A stretch of DNA of 64,000 nucleotides from Mobula hypostoma (taxonomy: Eukaryota), in assembly GCF_963921235.1 (NCBI RefSeq), contig NC_086097.1:163992001-164056000 (forward strand). The letters are read 5' to 3'. Below the pieces are notes generated by a model. It saw only the letters and a list, made by a program, of their open reading frames with translations. It made no database searches and was not told the DNA's origin. The position numbers and the translations under genes were made by a program. Shown here one piece after another: positions 13,950 through 26,844 of this stretch (positions are counted from its first letter, which is position 1; each line of letters opens with the position of its first letter).

Positions 13950-14420
13950 AACATGAGGAATAGATGTAAGAGGAGTCCATTTGGGCATTGTGCCTGTTCT
14001 GTTGGTCAGTGAAATTAGGCTAATATTTTACCTCAATGTGATTTTCCTATGCTCAATCTATTTTCATGAATCCTTTTAATATTTGTAAATCTTTTGATGC
14101 CTGTCTTGAATACAATCAGTGGCTGAGATTCCACAGTGAAGAATCGATGTCCTGAATGGCTGAACCTTGCTCTTAGACAGTCCACGCAGGGGATGCCTAT
14201 GTTCCTCCAACGCTCTGTTTGCATTTCCATGAGGTCAGCTCTCATTCTTGTGAACGATTATTGTTCTAGCTTGCTTAGTGCCTCTCACGGGATTCTTCCC
14301 CAACCCAAAAATCAACCCAGTTAAACTTTATTGCACTCCCTTCCTCAAAATTACAGTATATCCTTTTTTATGCAGGGAGATCAAATTTTTGCCTAATACA
14401 TATTTCAGGTGGGTCTCTCC
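13950..14420 (-). mobile_element. Old CR1 LINE 3' fragment
   Basis: Reverse-strand resemblance to the CR1 3' ends elsewhere in the window (ORF 14033-14245, MRADLMEM..). Confidence 0.5.
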
Positions 14421-15584
14421 AAGGAGCTATATTATTTCACAGTGATTCATAGTTATACAGCATCAAAACAGTTCCTTCTGTTTAATTCATCCATGCTGAC
14501 CAAGCTGTCTATCTACACTAATCCCATTTACCTTGAGCCATATCCTTCTCGACCTTTCCTATCCAATTACCTGTTTAGATGTTGGAAGAATGTTTTTGTT
14601 TATAGTTTCCTGCTAGTATGTCTAATCTGTTCATCAAGTCATAGAATTATACAACATGGAAAAGGGAACTTTAGCCCAACGGGTCATTCTGACCATTATC
14701 CCCCAACTAAGCTAGTCCCATTTGCCAGTCAACAAATGTATCAACTTCGCAACTGGCTTCGAGAACGGATCACGCAAGTATTTTTTTTATAAAAGCCATA
14801 GATTGATGACGGAGGAGAAAAAATATAAACATTTAAAACAATTAGATATATTTGTGCAACTATAAAGTGCAGTAGACATGGTTCTTTGCTTTTGAATTCA
14901 AAGGGTCTTTGGGGAGTTTTACTCTTTTGCATTCTTGTTTTCATTTATTTAATGGTCGATCAAGTGCTTGTGATCACTTTGCTTTCGGGAAAAAGAACAT
15001 AAATATTTTCTAGAATGAATCTTAAAAAGCAGAACTGCCCGAATAGGGTTTCAACTCATGTTCTGTCAGATTATCAGTCCAGTAGCCTAGACATTACTGG
15101 TTCTGAGCCTGATTTATGTTCAGCATATACTCTCTTCAATCTTTATGTGATATTTTACATTTATCAGTGTTGGTGATTGACTACATGTCTGTGCAATTAC
15201 ATAACCAATTTAAACTCTGTTATAGATCTTTTACTTCATCTCTATATTTATTAATCTCTACTCTTTCCATTGCCAACAAATATGACAATCTTACAATTGG
15301 CTTTAACATGCAGTTCACTGAAGTATATTTTACAGGAACCTTAGATTCAGGAGAGAGGAGACAGCAAATCAGCATTCCTTTTCATAATTACTTTCAGCAG
15401 CCCTTGCTCTGAAAGTGCATTCAAGTGAGATTTGTATTCAGAAAAGGATTAAACATTGTCAATCAAGCCCCTAACACAATACTGCTCACTCTCACTGGCT
15501 GCATGTGCCAACAAAATGTGGCCACTTGGACAACATTGCCAAAAGATCTGATCTTACTCACTTCATGAAAAATGTTACCGCAAC

Positions 15585-16090
15585 TTGGCCTTTATTGCAA
15601 GTGGAATGGAGTGAAATTTTATGCAATTCCTGCTAAGCTTGTACACCACTTTAGAGAAACCATATCTAGAGCACTGCGGAGTTTTCACCTCCTTATCTAA
15701 GGAGAGCTGTCCTTGCATCAGAGGCAATTGAAGGTTAACTAGGTTACTCTCTAAGGTGTAGGAATTATGAAGAAAATTTCAGATGGAGCAATAATCTTTG
15801 GACTTTAAAATAATGAGAGTGAATCAAGAAATAGAGGGCATGTGTTTAAGTCAAGAGGTTAAGATATAATAGGAACTTGGGGTGCAATTTTTTTTACACA
15901 AAAGGTGGTACTTATGTGGAATGAACTGCCCAAGGAAGTGGTTGAGGCAGGTACAATACAACTTTTAAAAGACAGTTGAACAGGTGCATGCATATGAAAG
16001 GTATGTGCCACATGTGGGCAATTAGAACTGGCTTGGATGATCATTTGGTCAGCATGGGCCAGATGAGTTGAAAGGCTTGTTCCTTTTACT
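15585..16090 (+). mobile_element. Old CR1 LINE 3' fragment
   Basis: ttttttacacaaaaggtggta..tggaatgaactgcc motif and CR1 3' UTR. Confidence 0.65.
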
Positions 16091-16105
16091 CTGTCTTACT
16101 GAAGT

Positions 16106-16491
16106 AAGTAAAACTCTGATAATCTGGTACGCGGTTGTTTTGAAATCACTTTGATTTGGCATCTGGCTCATTTTATTGATCTATATTGTGAGGCAGGGGT
16201 CCAGAATGCGAGCAGAGTATGCAGCTAGTGCTGGGGTCTGGACTGTGGCCTAGATTGGCAGTCAGAGCCAAGATCAGGAATATGGAGGTGAAGACTGTGG
16301 ATAAGGTTGTAGCCAGAACCATAATCTGAAGTGCCTGCATACTTTCTGCTCCCTTTAGGCTTTCTGAGTTCACTGAAAAATGTACTCTCTGTAAAAAATG
16401 TAAGCAAAAAGTGAAATTAAAGTCTTTTGTGGGTATTATTAAGAATAATATTTAATAGTTCCACACATTCTGGATTATCAGAATTTTACAA
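16106..16491. mobile_element. Probable old MITE (Tc1/mariner-pogo type)
   Basis: Terminal inverted repeat: gtaaaactctgataatc (16108-16124) vs gattatcagaattttac (16473-16489), 16/17 complementary. No coding capacity; TSD not clean. Confidence 0.5.
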
Positions 16492-17667
16492 GTTTCTGAG
16501 GGCATTTGGCATGGGGGCTGCTGGTAAGAAGTATCCCCCTACTAGTGGAGGCAAAACTAGGAGTCACCGTTTCAGAATATGGGGCTGACCATTTAAAAGA
16601 CAGATAATAAGGCGAGTTGTGAATTGTTGAAATTCTTTGTCCCAAGGAGCTGTAGAAGCTGAGGTATTGAATACAATCAAGGCTGTGAAAGAAAGGATTT
16701 TGGAATATATGGAGAATTAAGAATTAGGGAAAAGAGACTGGGAAGTGGATGTAGTGCCATGATCAGATCAGCCATACTACTGAATAGCAGAGCTGGTGCA
16801 GAAGGTGCCAAATGGTCCACTTCTTTGCCTTATAATCTTATATTCCAAGAAGGAGATGGTATTGAAGACTTTTTAAAACAAACCTATCAAAACAATAGTC
16901 TACTGTAAACCATTTAACTTGATGCATCTTCTTACTATGTATGATGAAATGATTTACAATGTAGTTACTTGATATTTTCAAGGTACGTTTGGAACCATTG
17001 AAATGCTAGGGGCCTTGAAAATTCACATTAGTCTTTTTATTGAACTTTGTCTGGGAAGGTAGTTATGGAAAAAAAACTGATAGACCTGGAATTTCTTTTA
17101 CATCTGCAATTTTCCTTCTTGTAATTATTTACAACTTTGCAATGTGCAGGGACTATCAAGGTACTTTCATTTCAACAAAGCATTTCAGCTGAAATTGTAC
17201 AAGGCAAAATATTTAAGTTGTTGAGATGTCTAAAACAGCAAGTGATGATATATCCCTTTAATCAAAGTTGTGTCGTTACTTATTACAATCCAGTGCATTT
17301 TTACAGAATTAAGTTACTTCAGTGTTGCAAATTAGTATTTTTTTTATTTTATGAAATGGATTGTCCTGACTCTACAAAACTATCAAAAAGTGCAGACTAT
17401 GTAGTCAATACAGTAAATTCTTATTAGCCTTTTGACGTCAATTACAGTAAATCTGCTGGGGGTGTGTTATATGGGGAACAACAGTGGCTGGATATCTTAC
17501 ACTAGGGTAAGTAAATGACTAAGTGTGATAAGAGAGAACCTCAGTTTTTAAGAGCATATTACTGTGAGTACTATTGATTTGAAATGTGCTTGAGCGAATG
17601 TTCGTCAATTTGGAATGTGAAACAGAAAAAATAACAGCTAGTATAACACAAGTTAGTGTAACTACAG

Positions 17668-17791
17668 TATTATGATATTTTACTGTGAGGTGTGTCACTA
17701 TAATAATATTTTAGTGTGAAGTGCATAACTATGCTGATATTTTAGCATGAGGTATATAACTATTCTGATAGTTTAGCATGAGGAGTGTATC
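17668..17791. repeat. 31-bp minisatellite, 4 diverged copies
   Basis: Units: tattatgatattttactgtgaggtgtgtcac / tataataatattttagtgtgaagtgcataac / tatgctgatattttagcatgaggtatataac / tattctgatagtttagcatgaggagtgtatc. Confidence 0.85.
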
Positions 17792-18034
17792 TATGTCATA
17801 GTCATACAACACAGAGACAGACCCTTTCGTCTATCCCAGTACTGACCATCAAGTACCCACCTACATTAACCCCATTTCCTAGCACTTGGTGTGCAGTTTT
17901 CTGTGTCTCTGCAATTCAGATACTTATCCACATAATTCTTAAATGCTATGAGGGTACCTACTTCCAGCACTCATCTAGGTAGTGCATTCTAACCATCCTC
18001 AAGGAAAAAAACCTTGAATGATCGCGATCACCTC

Positions 18035-18480
18035 TAAGTATACAAGGAGCACTTCATTGCTCTCGGGCTGTACTCAGTGGAGTTCAGAACGATGAAGGAG
18101 GGGTTTGATTTCATTGAAAACTACTGGATACTGAATACCCTGGATAGAGTAGACGTAGGGAGGATGTTCTTATTAGTAGAACAGTCCAGGATCTGAGGGC
18201 ACAACCTCAGAATAAAGAGATGTCCCTTTACAACTAAGATAAAAAGGAGTTTCTTCAGCCAGATGGTGATAAATCTGTGGAATTCATTGCCACAGTGAGC
18301 CATGGAAGCCAAGTCATTGGCTATACTTAGGGCAGAGATTGATAAGTTCTTGATTGGTAAAGGTGGTTAAAGGCATGAGAGAAGGTTGGGGTTAAAATAA
18401 GTCAGCAATGATTGAATGGTAGAACACTCAATAGGCCAAATGGCCCATTGTGTTCCTATATCATTATGATCTTATGGTCT
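18035..18480 (+). mobile_element. CR1 LINE 3' fragment
   Basis: gagggcacaacctcagaata..aatctgtggaattcattgcc motif and 3' UTR. Confidence 0.7.
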
Positions 18481-18982
18481 AATGTTTTTATCCTTTATTC
18501 TAAATTTATGTCCTCAGATTTTAGATTCCTGGGGGAAAGCTTCTACTATCTCTATCTATGCCTTTCATAACCCTTGTTCTGTTGTAAAAAATCTTTGCAA
18601 CTTGAGGAACTCACCTCTTAAAATTTATAATGCCACTCTCAAACTGTGACTCTATTATTGACATTCAGTGCTCTTGACGGGGTTTGGATATGGATGGAAA
18701 GTACAGCAGTGAGAAAGGAACTGAAGTTCATGGTGTCCCATCCTTTACAGTTTTCAGTCATCTTGTATTCCATTACTTGTTTTATGGTTCTTCTAATAAG
18801 TCTGCCATCATTGCCAGGTTAATTATGACCGCAAATCTATACTGCGCAGATTTGCATTTTGCACTATTGTGATTTTATCATCTGCTGGTGAGAATTAATG
18901 ATGAACTTTCAAATTCTGTATGGGAGAAACTTTGATAATGAAAAACATTGATGATACAGGTGTTTCTTTCTTCCATTTTCAG

Positions 18983-19085
18983 CACCATCTATGCCCACAT
19001 ATGATAATGATGCACCATTGAACCAGACTGACAGCACTGTGACTGTTCTGCTGAAGCCTGCACAGAGTAGAGGCGCACCTGTCAG
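18983..19085 (+). CDS. PTPRM: Next coding exon of the same PTPRM-like gene
   Basis: tttctttcttccattttcAG acceptor and AG|GTAGAA donor. 103 nt, phase 1 to 2, continuing the previous exon in frame: (A)[33 protein letters not shown](S). Confidence 0.9.
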
Positions 19086-20039
19086 GTAGAAGAAATTATA
19101 CACCATTTGCTTGTTAGTTATTACATTGGGAAGGACACTCTGATTAATAATTGAGATTGTTTCTTGCCATTCTATACTGGGGGAGAAGCTATTTTGTGAA
19201 ATGGTTTGATATTAATCCTTAATTCTAAATCATCATGCAATGGGTCAAAATGTGCGAAAATCAGCGATATCCTCTATTTGAGGGTGACCTATGCCATTAA
19301 TAGATCGTAAGGTAAGACTAATCCCATCCAGACTTACAGGTTCATCTTCAGAAACATCAGATGTTTCCATGTGGAAGAGCTGCTGAATGGGGTTTGTATA
19401 TTCATGCTAAAGACCTTCTGAGTACTTCTGACAGCATGCCTTCACCTCTAGATTGATTCACCTTTAATTTAGCCCTGATTGGGATTTCCAAAGCCCCAAA
19501 GGTGATCATGCTGAAATGATGATTGACTTGAGGCTTGCTGTATGGTTATGCCATAGTCAAAATGAAGTGGCAGAGCATTTTTACACAAATCCTGAGTAAT
19601 TTATCGCATTTGCTGTCATATGTAACAACATTGAAAAGAGCTTGCACTCTTTTTCGTTATTTGTCTGAAAACCATCCTGTTAATTGGCTTGAAAAGTTCC
19701 CAGTGCAGTGTTCCTGATGTAAGAAACTTGGAAACAAATTGTTCCTAAATGACTGGCCAAATAATATGACACTTGAAATTTTACTAGGGAATGTTGATGA
19801 AATGATTAGTCAACCACTCTTACTACACAAACTGTGAACATTGAAGCAACGGACCTGTAAGGATTCCAGAACTTCCATAAGCCAGCACTCTGCAGCAGAT
19901 AGAGAATTAATGGAAGTGTCTTGAATAAATGGTACACTGGTGGTTGGTGAAACGTGAAATCAGGAAAGTTAGCGAACACTTGAAAGAGCTGCTAACTGAA
20001 AGCTGGAATAGATTAGTTACAGGCAAATCTGTTGAACTA

Positions 20040-22615
20040 AATAGATTAGATTTCTGATGAGGGAACAGAGTTACTCATGGTGTAAATTCTGTGAGTGCCA
20101 TCTATATGAATTTTGGAAGAGTATTTGATGAAATGCCGCATTAAAAGTAGATTACTGGAACTGAGATAGACAGAATTGAAGGTTTGGTAACAGAAAATGG
20201 AAAATTGTCTTAAATGCAGAAAACAAGGTGTAATGTTAGACACTTTTAGATCACCCTGGAGAATGGGAGACAATTATACAGGTTTCCCCTGCCATCGGAA
20301 GGTAGAGCATTCCTATGAAACGGTTCGTAAGCCGGAATGTCGTAAAACGAAGAAGCAATTACCATTTATTTATATGGGAAAAATTTGTGAGCGTTCGCAG
20401 ACCCAAAAATAACCTACCAAATAACACATAAAACCTAAAATAACAGTAACATATAGTAAAAGCAGGAATGATATGATAAATACACAGCCTAGATAAATTA
20501 GAAATACTTCTCTACAACGATTGCCTGCACTGTTCTCTGTAGCAAAAATCTCACGGAAGCGCTTTCGGCGCAAGCGCTCTCCAGTAATCTTTAAGCTATG
20601 AAGCTGCCAAATCATACCAAATAACATGTAAAAATACACAGCTGATATAAAGTAGAAATAATGTATGTACAGTGTAGTATCACTTACGGGAATTGGGAAG
20701 ATAGCGTTAAGCACACTGATGATGGTGTGTTAGGCTGACTCGTCGAAGGTTGGGGTGGTGCAGTGGCCCCAACCCTCCGGGCAGCAAACCGATACCGATC
20801 CGTGAAGCATGCAGGGGGCTAGCAGTAGCCGGGACGCACCCAGCACATCTTTAAGAAAAAAGCCGAAATAAACCAGCTAATTAATTAGGTGCTGCCCGGC
20901 ACGTAAATGTCGGCTCAGATCAGAGGCGATGCAATCGGCAATCGCCTCTGATCTGGGCCGACATTTACGTGCCAGGCGGCACCTAATTAATTAGCTGGTT
21001 TATTTCGGCTTTTTTCTTAAAGATGTGCTGGATGCCTCTTGGCTACTGCTGCATTCTCCGCGAATCGGTATCTGTCCATGGCCTGGGAGATGGGGTGGTG
21101 GGACACTGGGGTGCCATCTCATCGTCGATCAGGGCAGGCAGGTCATCTTCTTCTATGTCTGCCTGCCTCGATGTCGAAGGTCGAGGTTCGTCGTCTGCTG
21201 TGGCTGATGTGGAAGGCTTGAAAAATGACATTATGCTTGACTGCTTAGCCTCGCGCATTTTTCTATTATACAGTTCTTTGTAAGCCCTCAAACCATCTTG
21301 CAAATATGCCCAAAACCGACGTACCCTTTCATAATTAAAGTCATACTTTATCATTGCAGCGAAAATCTCACGCAGTTGCTTCACGTTCAGTTCCTGAACG
21401 ACTTCACTTTCGCTACTGCATTCGGTTTTGATTGTTATCCTTTCCTCTTCCAATTGCATCAGCTCTTCATCTATCAGTTCTTGGTCATGGGATGCCAAAA
21501 CCTCTTCAAGATCATCTTCGTCAACTTCCACAAGCCAAACTCACTTCGTTCACCGCGATTGAAACGCTTAATTATGTCTAGTGCAATACCCTTACGAGTT
21601 CTTTTAGGCTTTTCCGATACCTTAGAACTCATCTTGCAAACGGTTGCTCACAAGCACATGTTTAAGCAATGCCGGCTAGAATGCCATTCTGAATCCGGGG
21701 GAGTGCGGCTGCTCGGGGCGCGCGGCGCACTGCTTTTATCACACACTGCTTTTTTCACGTGCTGCCTTTTTTCCTAACAGTGAAAACACCTTCTGTCAGC
21801 GAAAACAGGTAACTAATGTAGGTCTTTCGTAACAGCGAGGTTTCGTAAGGCAAACGTTCGAAAAGCAGGGGACACCTGTATTACCCAGGGTCAATACTAG
21901 AGCCACTGCTTTCCCTGATATTTATGAGTTACTTAAACATACACGTGTAAGGTACATGTTTCAAAATGCAGATGGGACTAGGATCGTGGTTAACGGTCAG
22001 ATGGACTGGTAATGGACTTAAAGAGAATGCGGCCGTGGAACAAGCAGACCTCTGGCACAAAAGTCTAAAACAAAATACAGGAGATACTCAGTAAGCCAAG
22101 CAGTAACTGTGGAAAGTGAAAAACAGTTCAAAAATTTCAGATTGATGACCAGATGAAACTTAATATAGAGAAATATGAAGTGATGTACTTTAACAGAAAG
22201 GATAGGGAGAGAAAATCTTAAGTAGATGGCAAAGTTCTCAAAGGCTTGTGGGAACAAAATTCCTGGCAGTAGTTGTGCATCAGCCCTTGAAAGTAGCTGG
22301 GCATACTGAGAAATGATCAATGAAGCTTCACAAAGACATGGAAAACAAAAGCAGAGAAGTTTTGCTGAGTCTTTATGAAACACTGGATTGGCCACAAGTA
22401 AGGTATTGCATCCAATTGTGGTCACATAACTTTTGGAGTATATGAAGAGAGGATTCAGAAACGATTTATTCGTTAGTTCTGAGGATCAAAGGTTCCAGCT
22501 GTAAGTGAGAATTGAGATGCTGTGGATTGTTTCTTAAGATCAGGACTGTTTGGATGGGGTAGCTGGTAATTTTCCCCATTAGCTGCTGGATTAAGTTCCA
22601 GAGACCTAAGATTTG
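20040..22615 (+). mobile_element. Very old CR1 RT remnant interrupted by the Tigger element and a Penelope-like fragment
   Basis: Decayed FDKVPH-, PQGSVLGPLLF- (ttacccagggtcaatactagagccactgctt) and YCIQLW-like segments continue across the 20279-21878 insertion. Confidence 0.55.
20279..21878 (-). mobile_element. Tigger/pogo-type DNA transposon, internally deleted (non-autonomous)
   Basis: TA target duplication (20277-78, 21879-80). Imperfect TIRs caggtttcccctgc.. / ..gcaggggacacctg. On the minus strand the N-terminus MSSKVSEKPKRTRKGIALDIIKRFNRGERS (ATG at 21632) is joined out of frame to the acidic C-terminus (ORF 21043-21531). The DDD catalytic domain is absent. Confidence 0.9.
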
Positions 22616-22616
22616 T

Positions 22617-23655
22617 GTTGGCAGGGACATCTCTGACTCCATCACACTGAGCACTGGATCCCCACAAGGCTGTGTACTTAGCCCATTGCTGTTTACACTG
22701 CTAACACATGACTGTGCAGCCAGATTCAAGGAGAACCTGATCATTAAATTTGCAGATGATACCACAGTGGTGGGGCTCATCGGCAAAAATGACGAAACAA
22801 TATACAGGGAGGAGGTCAAACACCTAGAGAGCTGGTGCAGGGATAACAACTTGATGCTTAATGTCACCAAAACCAAGGAGATGATCGTCGATTTCAGACA
22901 GTCTCAGCCTGAGCACACACCCCTCAGCATCAGCGGCTCCACAGTGGAGAGAGTGGAAAACATCAAGTTCCTTGGGGTGCAGATCTCGGACAATTTCACC
23001 TGGTCCAGGAACACCACTGGGATTGTGAAACAGGCCCAACAGAGATTGCACTTTCTGAGGAAGCTTAAACAAGCATCACTCCCCACTAACATCTTAACTA
23101 CATTCTACAGAGGCGTGGTTGAGAGTGTGCTGACCTTTTGCATCACAACCTGGTACTCCAGCTGCAGTGCTGTTGACAAAAAAGCCTTGCAGAGGGTGGT
23201 TAGGGGAGCAGAGAAGGTTATTGGGGTCTCTCTACCTTCTGTCCAAGACCTCTTTCAGAGTCGATGCCTCCAGAAGACACGGTACATCATTAAAGACCTC
23301 TCACACCCTCTTCATGAACTGTTTGTTCTTCTGCCATCAGGCAAACGTTACAGGAGCATCAAAAGTAAAACCACAAGGCTACTAAACAGCTTCCTCCCAC
23401 AGGCAGTCAGACTGCTAAATAGCTGCTCCATCTGACTCTGCTTTGGACACTTCTAACTTGCACTGGACACTTATAACTTGATTTTAACTGACATGTGGCT
23501 GTTGTGTTTTACTATTTATTGTTATGTTTATTATTTAGTGTTGCATTTGTTATGTTATGATTGCACTGCTCCTGAGAAACGCTGTCTCATTCTGCCCTGC
23601 AGAGCTGATGTACGGTTAGAATGACAATAAAGTTTTTTGAATCTTTGAATCTTGA
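22617..23655 (+). mobile_element. 5'-truncated, young Rex1/Babar LINE
   Basis: Uninterrupted 249-aa ORF 22686-23435 (KFADD, LNVTKTKEMIVDFR, KFLGVQI, LLPSGKRYRS), preceded by GSPQGCVLSP; AATAAA then a (ttgaatct)n-like tail. Confidence 0.92.
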
Positions 23656-25340
23656 ATTTAAAATTTTGGGCAAATGATATATGGTGAATATGAGTAAAAG
23701 TTTATTTTTAATGCAGACAGCAGTTATCATCTGGAATTCACCGCAGGCAGGCAGGCGAAAACAGAACCAATGAGAGAGAGAGAGAGAGAAAAGAGCTTGA
23801 GTGACATTAATTTGCAGCATTATGGGGAAAGCACGGATAAGGGACTGTCCCAGTACAGATCTAATGAGTAGAATTGTAATCCTGTGCAATAACCACTGTA
23901 TGATTCTACAATATACCTGATTCAAAGACAGCTTCTGTCCCACTGTTATAAGATTATAGAATTGTCTCCTAGTACAATAAGATGGAACCTTGAACTCACA
24001 ATTTACCTCATTATGACTTTGCACCTTAATATTACATATAGTACACTTCCTCTGTAACACTTTATTCTGCAAACAATTATTGTTTTCCCTTGTATTGTCT
24101 CAATCCACTCAGGCAATGAATTTGTCTGTGCAAATGATATGTATAACAAGTTTTTCACTGTAGCTCAGTACATGTGGCAATAATAAACCAGTTTACCAAT
24201 TTTACTCTAGGCAGAGTTGTATTTCTACAATTTCAACTCTGTCAAAATGTGGTTACCCTCCACAGACATTAATAAGTGGAATAGATCCTCATGAGAAGAG
24301 GGAGGATACAATGACAAATGTAGATGAAAGAAATCTTTAAAGAAAACTATCTAATAATTGATAATTCCCAAACATTCTAGTGTGAACTACAAGGAATTAC
24401 ACAGAAAGAATTTAATATAATGATATGATCAAAAATATGGACAAAATAATATAAAGCAGTTACTTATGATAACTGTTATGTAAAGAATAATGGTAACTAG
24501 ACAAGTTCAGTTACTTGTCTATATATCAGAGTTGTGTTAGAGTATCTGATGACAAACTACAAGTCCCTTAAGAAGCTTTAGAAAATAATGGTTGAAAAAT
24601 TGCGCTTGCAATTTTTTTTCCAATATTATCACTCTCACCAGTTTTTAGATGTATATGCGCATTTTTCATTTTGTGTAATTTTTCTGATGTAATTGTTCAT
24701 GAACACATGACCAGGGGTAAGGTGCACACATAAAATGAATGAAGATAAGTAATCCATTGATATACATGTGCCGCCCACTCAGTCTAAGCAGCAGCCAGTG
24801 ACCATCGCTGACAGAATATCTTCCTAAATTTGCAGTGAATGACTTTAGTAATATCTCAGTAATAAACTGCTGGCTGATCTGTGGAATTAGCTTTGTGAAA
24901 AATACATGAGGGAGCAACCTCTCTGCAGTTAATTTGGTTCTATGCTTGCATGAACAGTACATACGGGTTAGCTATGGGAAAGAGCCGTGAAAAGGAAGTT
25001 AAAACCTAACAGTTTTCCTAACAGCTCTGACTTTGGTAGTGGGTTTAGATTTTTTTACTCTGTATAACAAAATTATATTTCAATTCTACAATTTAATTTA
25101 ATTTTTATGAACGCAGGGTTTTGTGATTGTAACTGTATTTTTAATACAATGTATTTGGTACTATTTTATTTTTTCTTTTGACTTGTATATCTTGTTGTAC
25201 TCTGTATTCTTCTATGCAGAAACTAATAAAAATATTGAAAGAAAAAAAACAGGAACAGATTTCACCTAGTGAGGTGCTTATGAATGTGTAAATATCATTG
25301 TAATGATAGAAAAGGAGCATTCCATTTTGCACAGAACAAA

Positions 25341-25410
25341 TTTCCATTGATAGTAATGTATGATAGTATGTATTTCCATTGATTGTAGTGTATGATAGTA
25401 TGTATTTCCA
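25341..25410. repeat. 32-bp tandem duplication (about 2.2 copies)
   Basis: tttccattgatagtaatgtatgatagtatgta followed by tttccattgattgtagtgtatgatagtatgta and tttcca. Confidence 0.8.
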
Positions 25411-26409
25411 ATCATAGCAAATAACTATGTATGCTCTCAATAATGATGTCATAGAGGCATTCAGCACAGAAACTATCCTGTCTGGACAAGCAAGACCCCA
25501 TCAAGGGTTGAAAGAAAAGTCTCTAAGACTCTGAGCATTACTTTTTTGCTCATGTTCATCCTTGGGACATTTTAAGGTGCTGTTCTTGTTTGTGTAGGTC
25601 CCAACTTTGTCACAGTGCCTCAGCCCAGTAGCATTCAGGCCATGTCCTGCTCCTTAAAGGAAGTAAGGTCAAATTCCTAATTCTAACAATACATGAATAA
25701 TATATATAAACCATCCTTGTTAATTTGTGCTAAATGATATGTAAAAGATATACATTCCACTATGCTTCCAAAATTTGGTTCTCTCAGAGCCAGGGGAATT
25801 TTGATAGCTGCTACTAGAACGTACATTCTCTGCAAGTGTCCAGCGACGAACTTCTACCTCCAAAACTTTGACACATATGTCACCAGCCCAAACATTCAAT
25901 ACGTCGCAAAAGAAAAATTCAACCCTCCAGCATAAACAGCATGATTCTGGTCTGGTTATTAGAATTTCATTTTTCTTTTCACCTCCCTAGGCTTCGCATT
26001 GATGGTGATGGTAACAGGACACAGTCTTGCACTCAGCATGTTCATTGTCAATCAATAAGTAAATTGGCTCTTATTACACCCCATCTCTTCTTGCCTTTCA
26101 AATTTATCTCAATTCATTTTTCAATCTCTCTTTAGTGTGGACAGCTTTCTTATTGATCTTGTGGCACTCCTTCAGTGCAACTTTACTTCTGCTCCTCAAG
26201 CATGCAAAACAAAGTAATTGCTGCCAGCTTATTGATCAGAATTCCAGTACTTAACCAAAGTTTAGCATTTCTCTTGAATGAATATAAGTAGCAGGGGAAA
26301 TAGGGAGAAATGGAAAATGTCCAACTTATTGATAATTGCTGGTGAATGACCAAAGGTGCCAGTCTTGATTCAGACATTACAATCAGTTAGGTTTACTTTC
26401 ATATTTTCT

Positions 26410-26730
26410 TATGATATAGAAGGAGCCATTCAGCCCCTTGAGTCTGTGCTGGCTATCTAAGTAATCATTTCAATTCACTTCCCTATCAATTTTCCTGCAA
26501 TCCATTCATTCTTGATATGTCCATCTACTCCACCCTGATTCTGCAATGACCCACCTACACCAAGGATAATTTACAATAACCCACATGAGAGGAAACTGTC
26601 GCACCCGAGTTAAAGTCACACGGGCACAAGGTGCATGTGCAAGCACCACACTGATAGCACTACATGTCAGAGTTTAACCTAGGTCACTGGTGCCATTAAG
26701 TAGCAACACATCCAGTTCAACCGCTTTGAA
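26410..26730 (-). mobile_element. HE1/V-SINE-like SINE, diverged
   Basis: V-domain-like gaggaaactgtcgcacccgag..gtgcaagcaccacactga on the + strand, with a CR1-like tail at the left end. Confidence 0.55.
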
Positions 26731-26844
26731 CGACTCCAAAAATTAAAACATCCAGCATAAGAAATTATGCTGGAAGTTATATCCATAACTGGATGTCATA
26801 ACACGGCAGGAACAGTCATGAGATTACTGAGAAGATGGTACAAC

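Noticed and set aside
17668..17791. Regularly spaced repeats as a CRISPR-like array
   Set aside because: Contiguous tandem units without unique spacers, no cas genes, vertebrate context.
21043..21531. Domesticated TIGD-like host gene
   Set aside because: Lies between TIRs with a TA TSD, lacks the DNA-binding and DDD domains, and is out of frame with the ATG.
21023..21777. Plus-strand ORFs inside the Tigger element
   Set aside because: Antisense shadows of the minus-strand transposase remnants.
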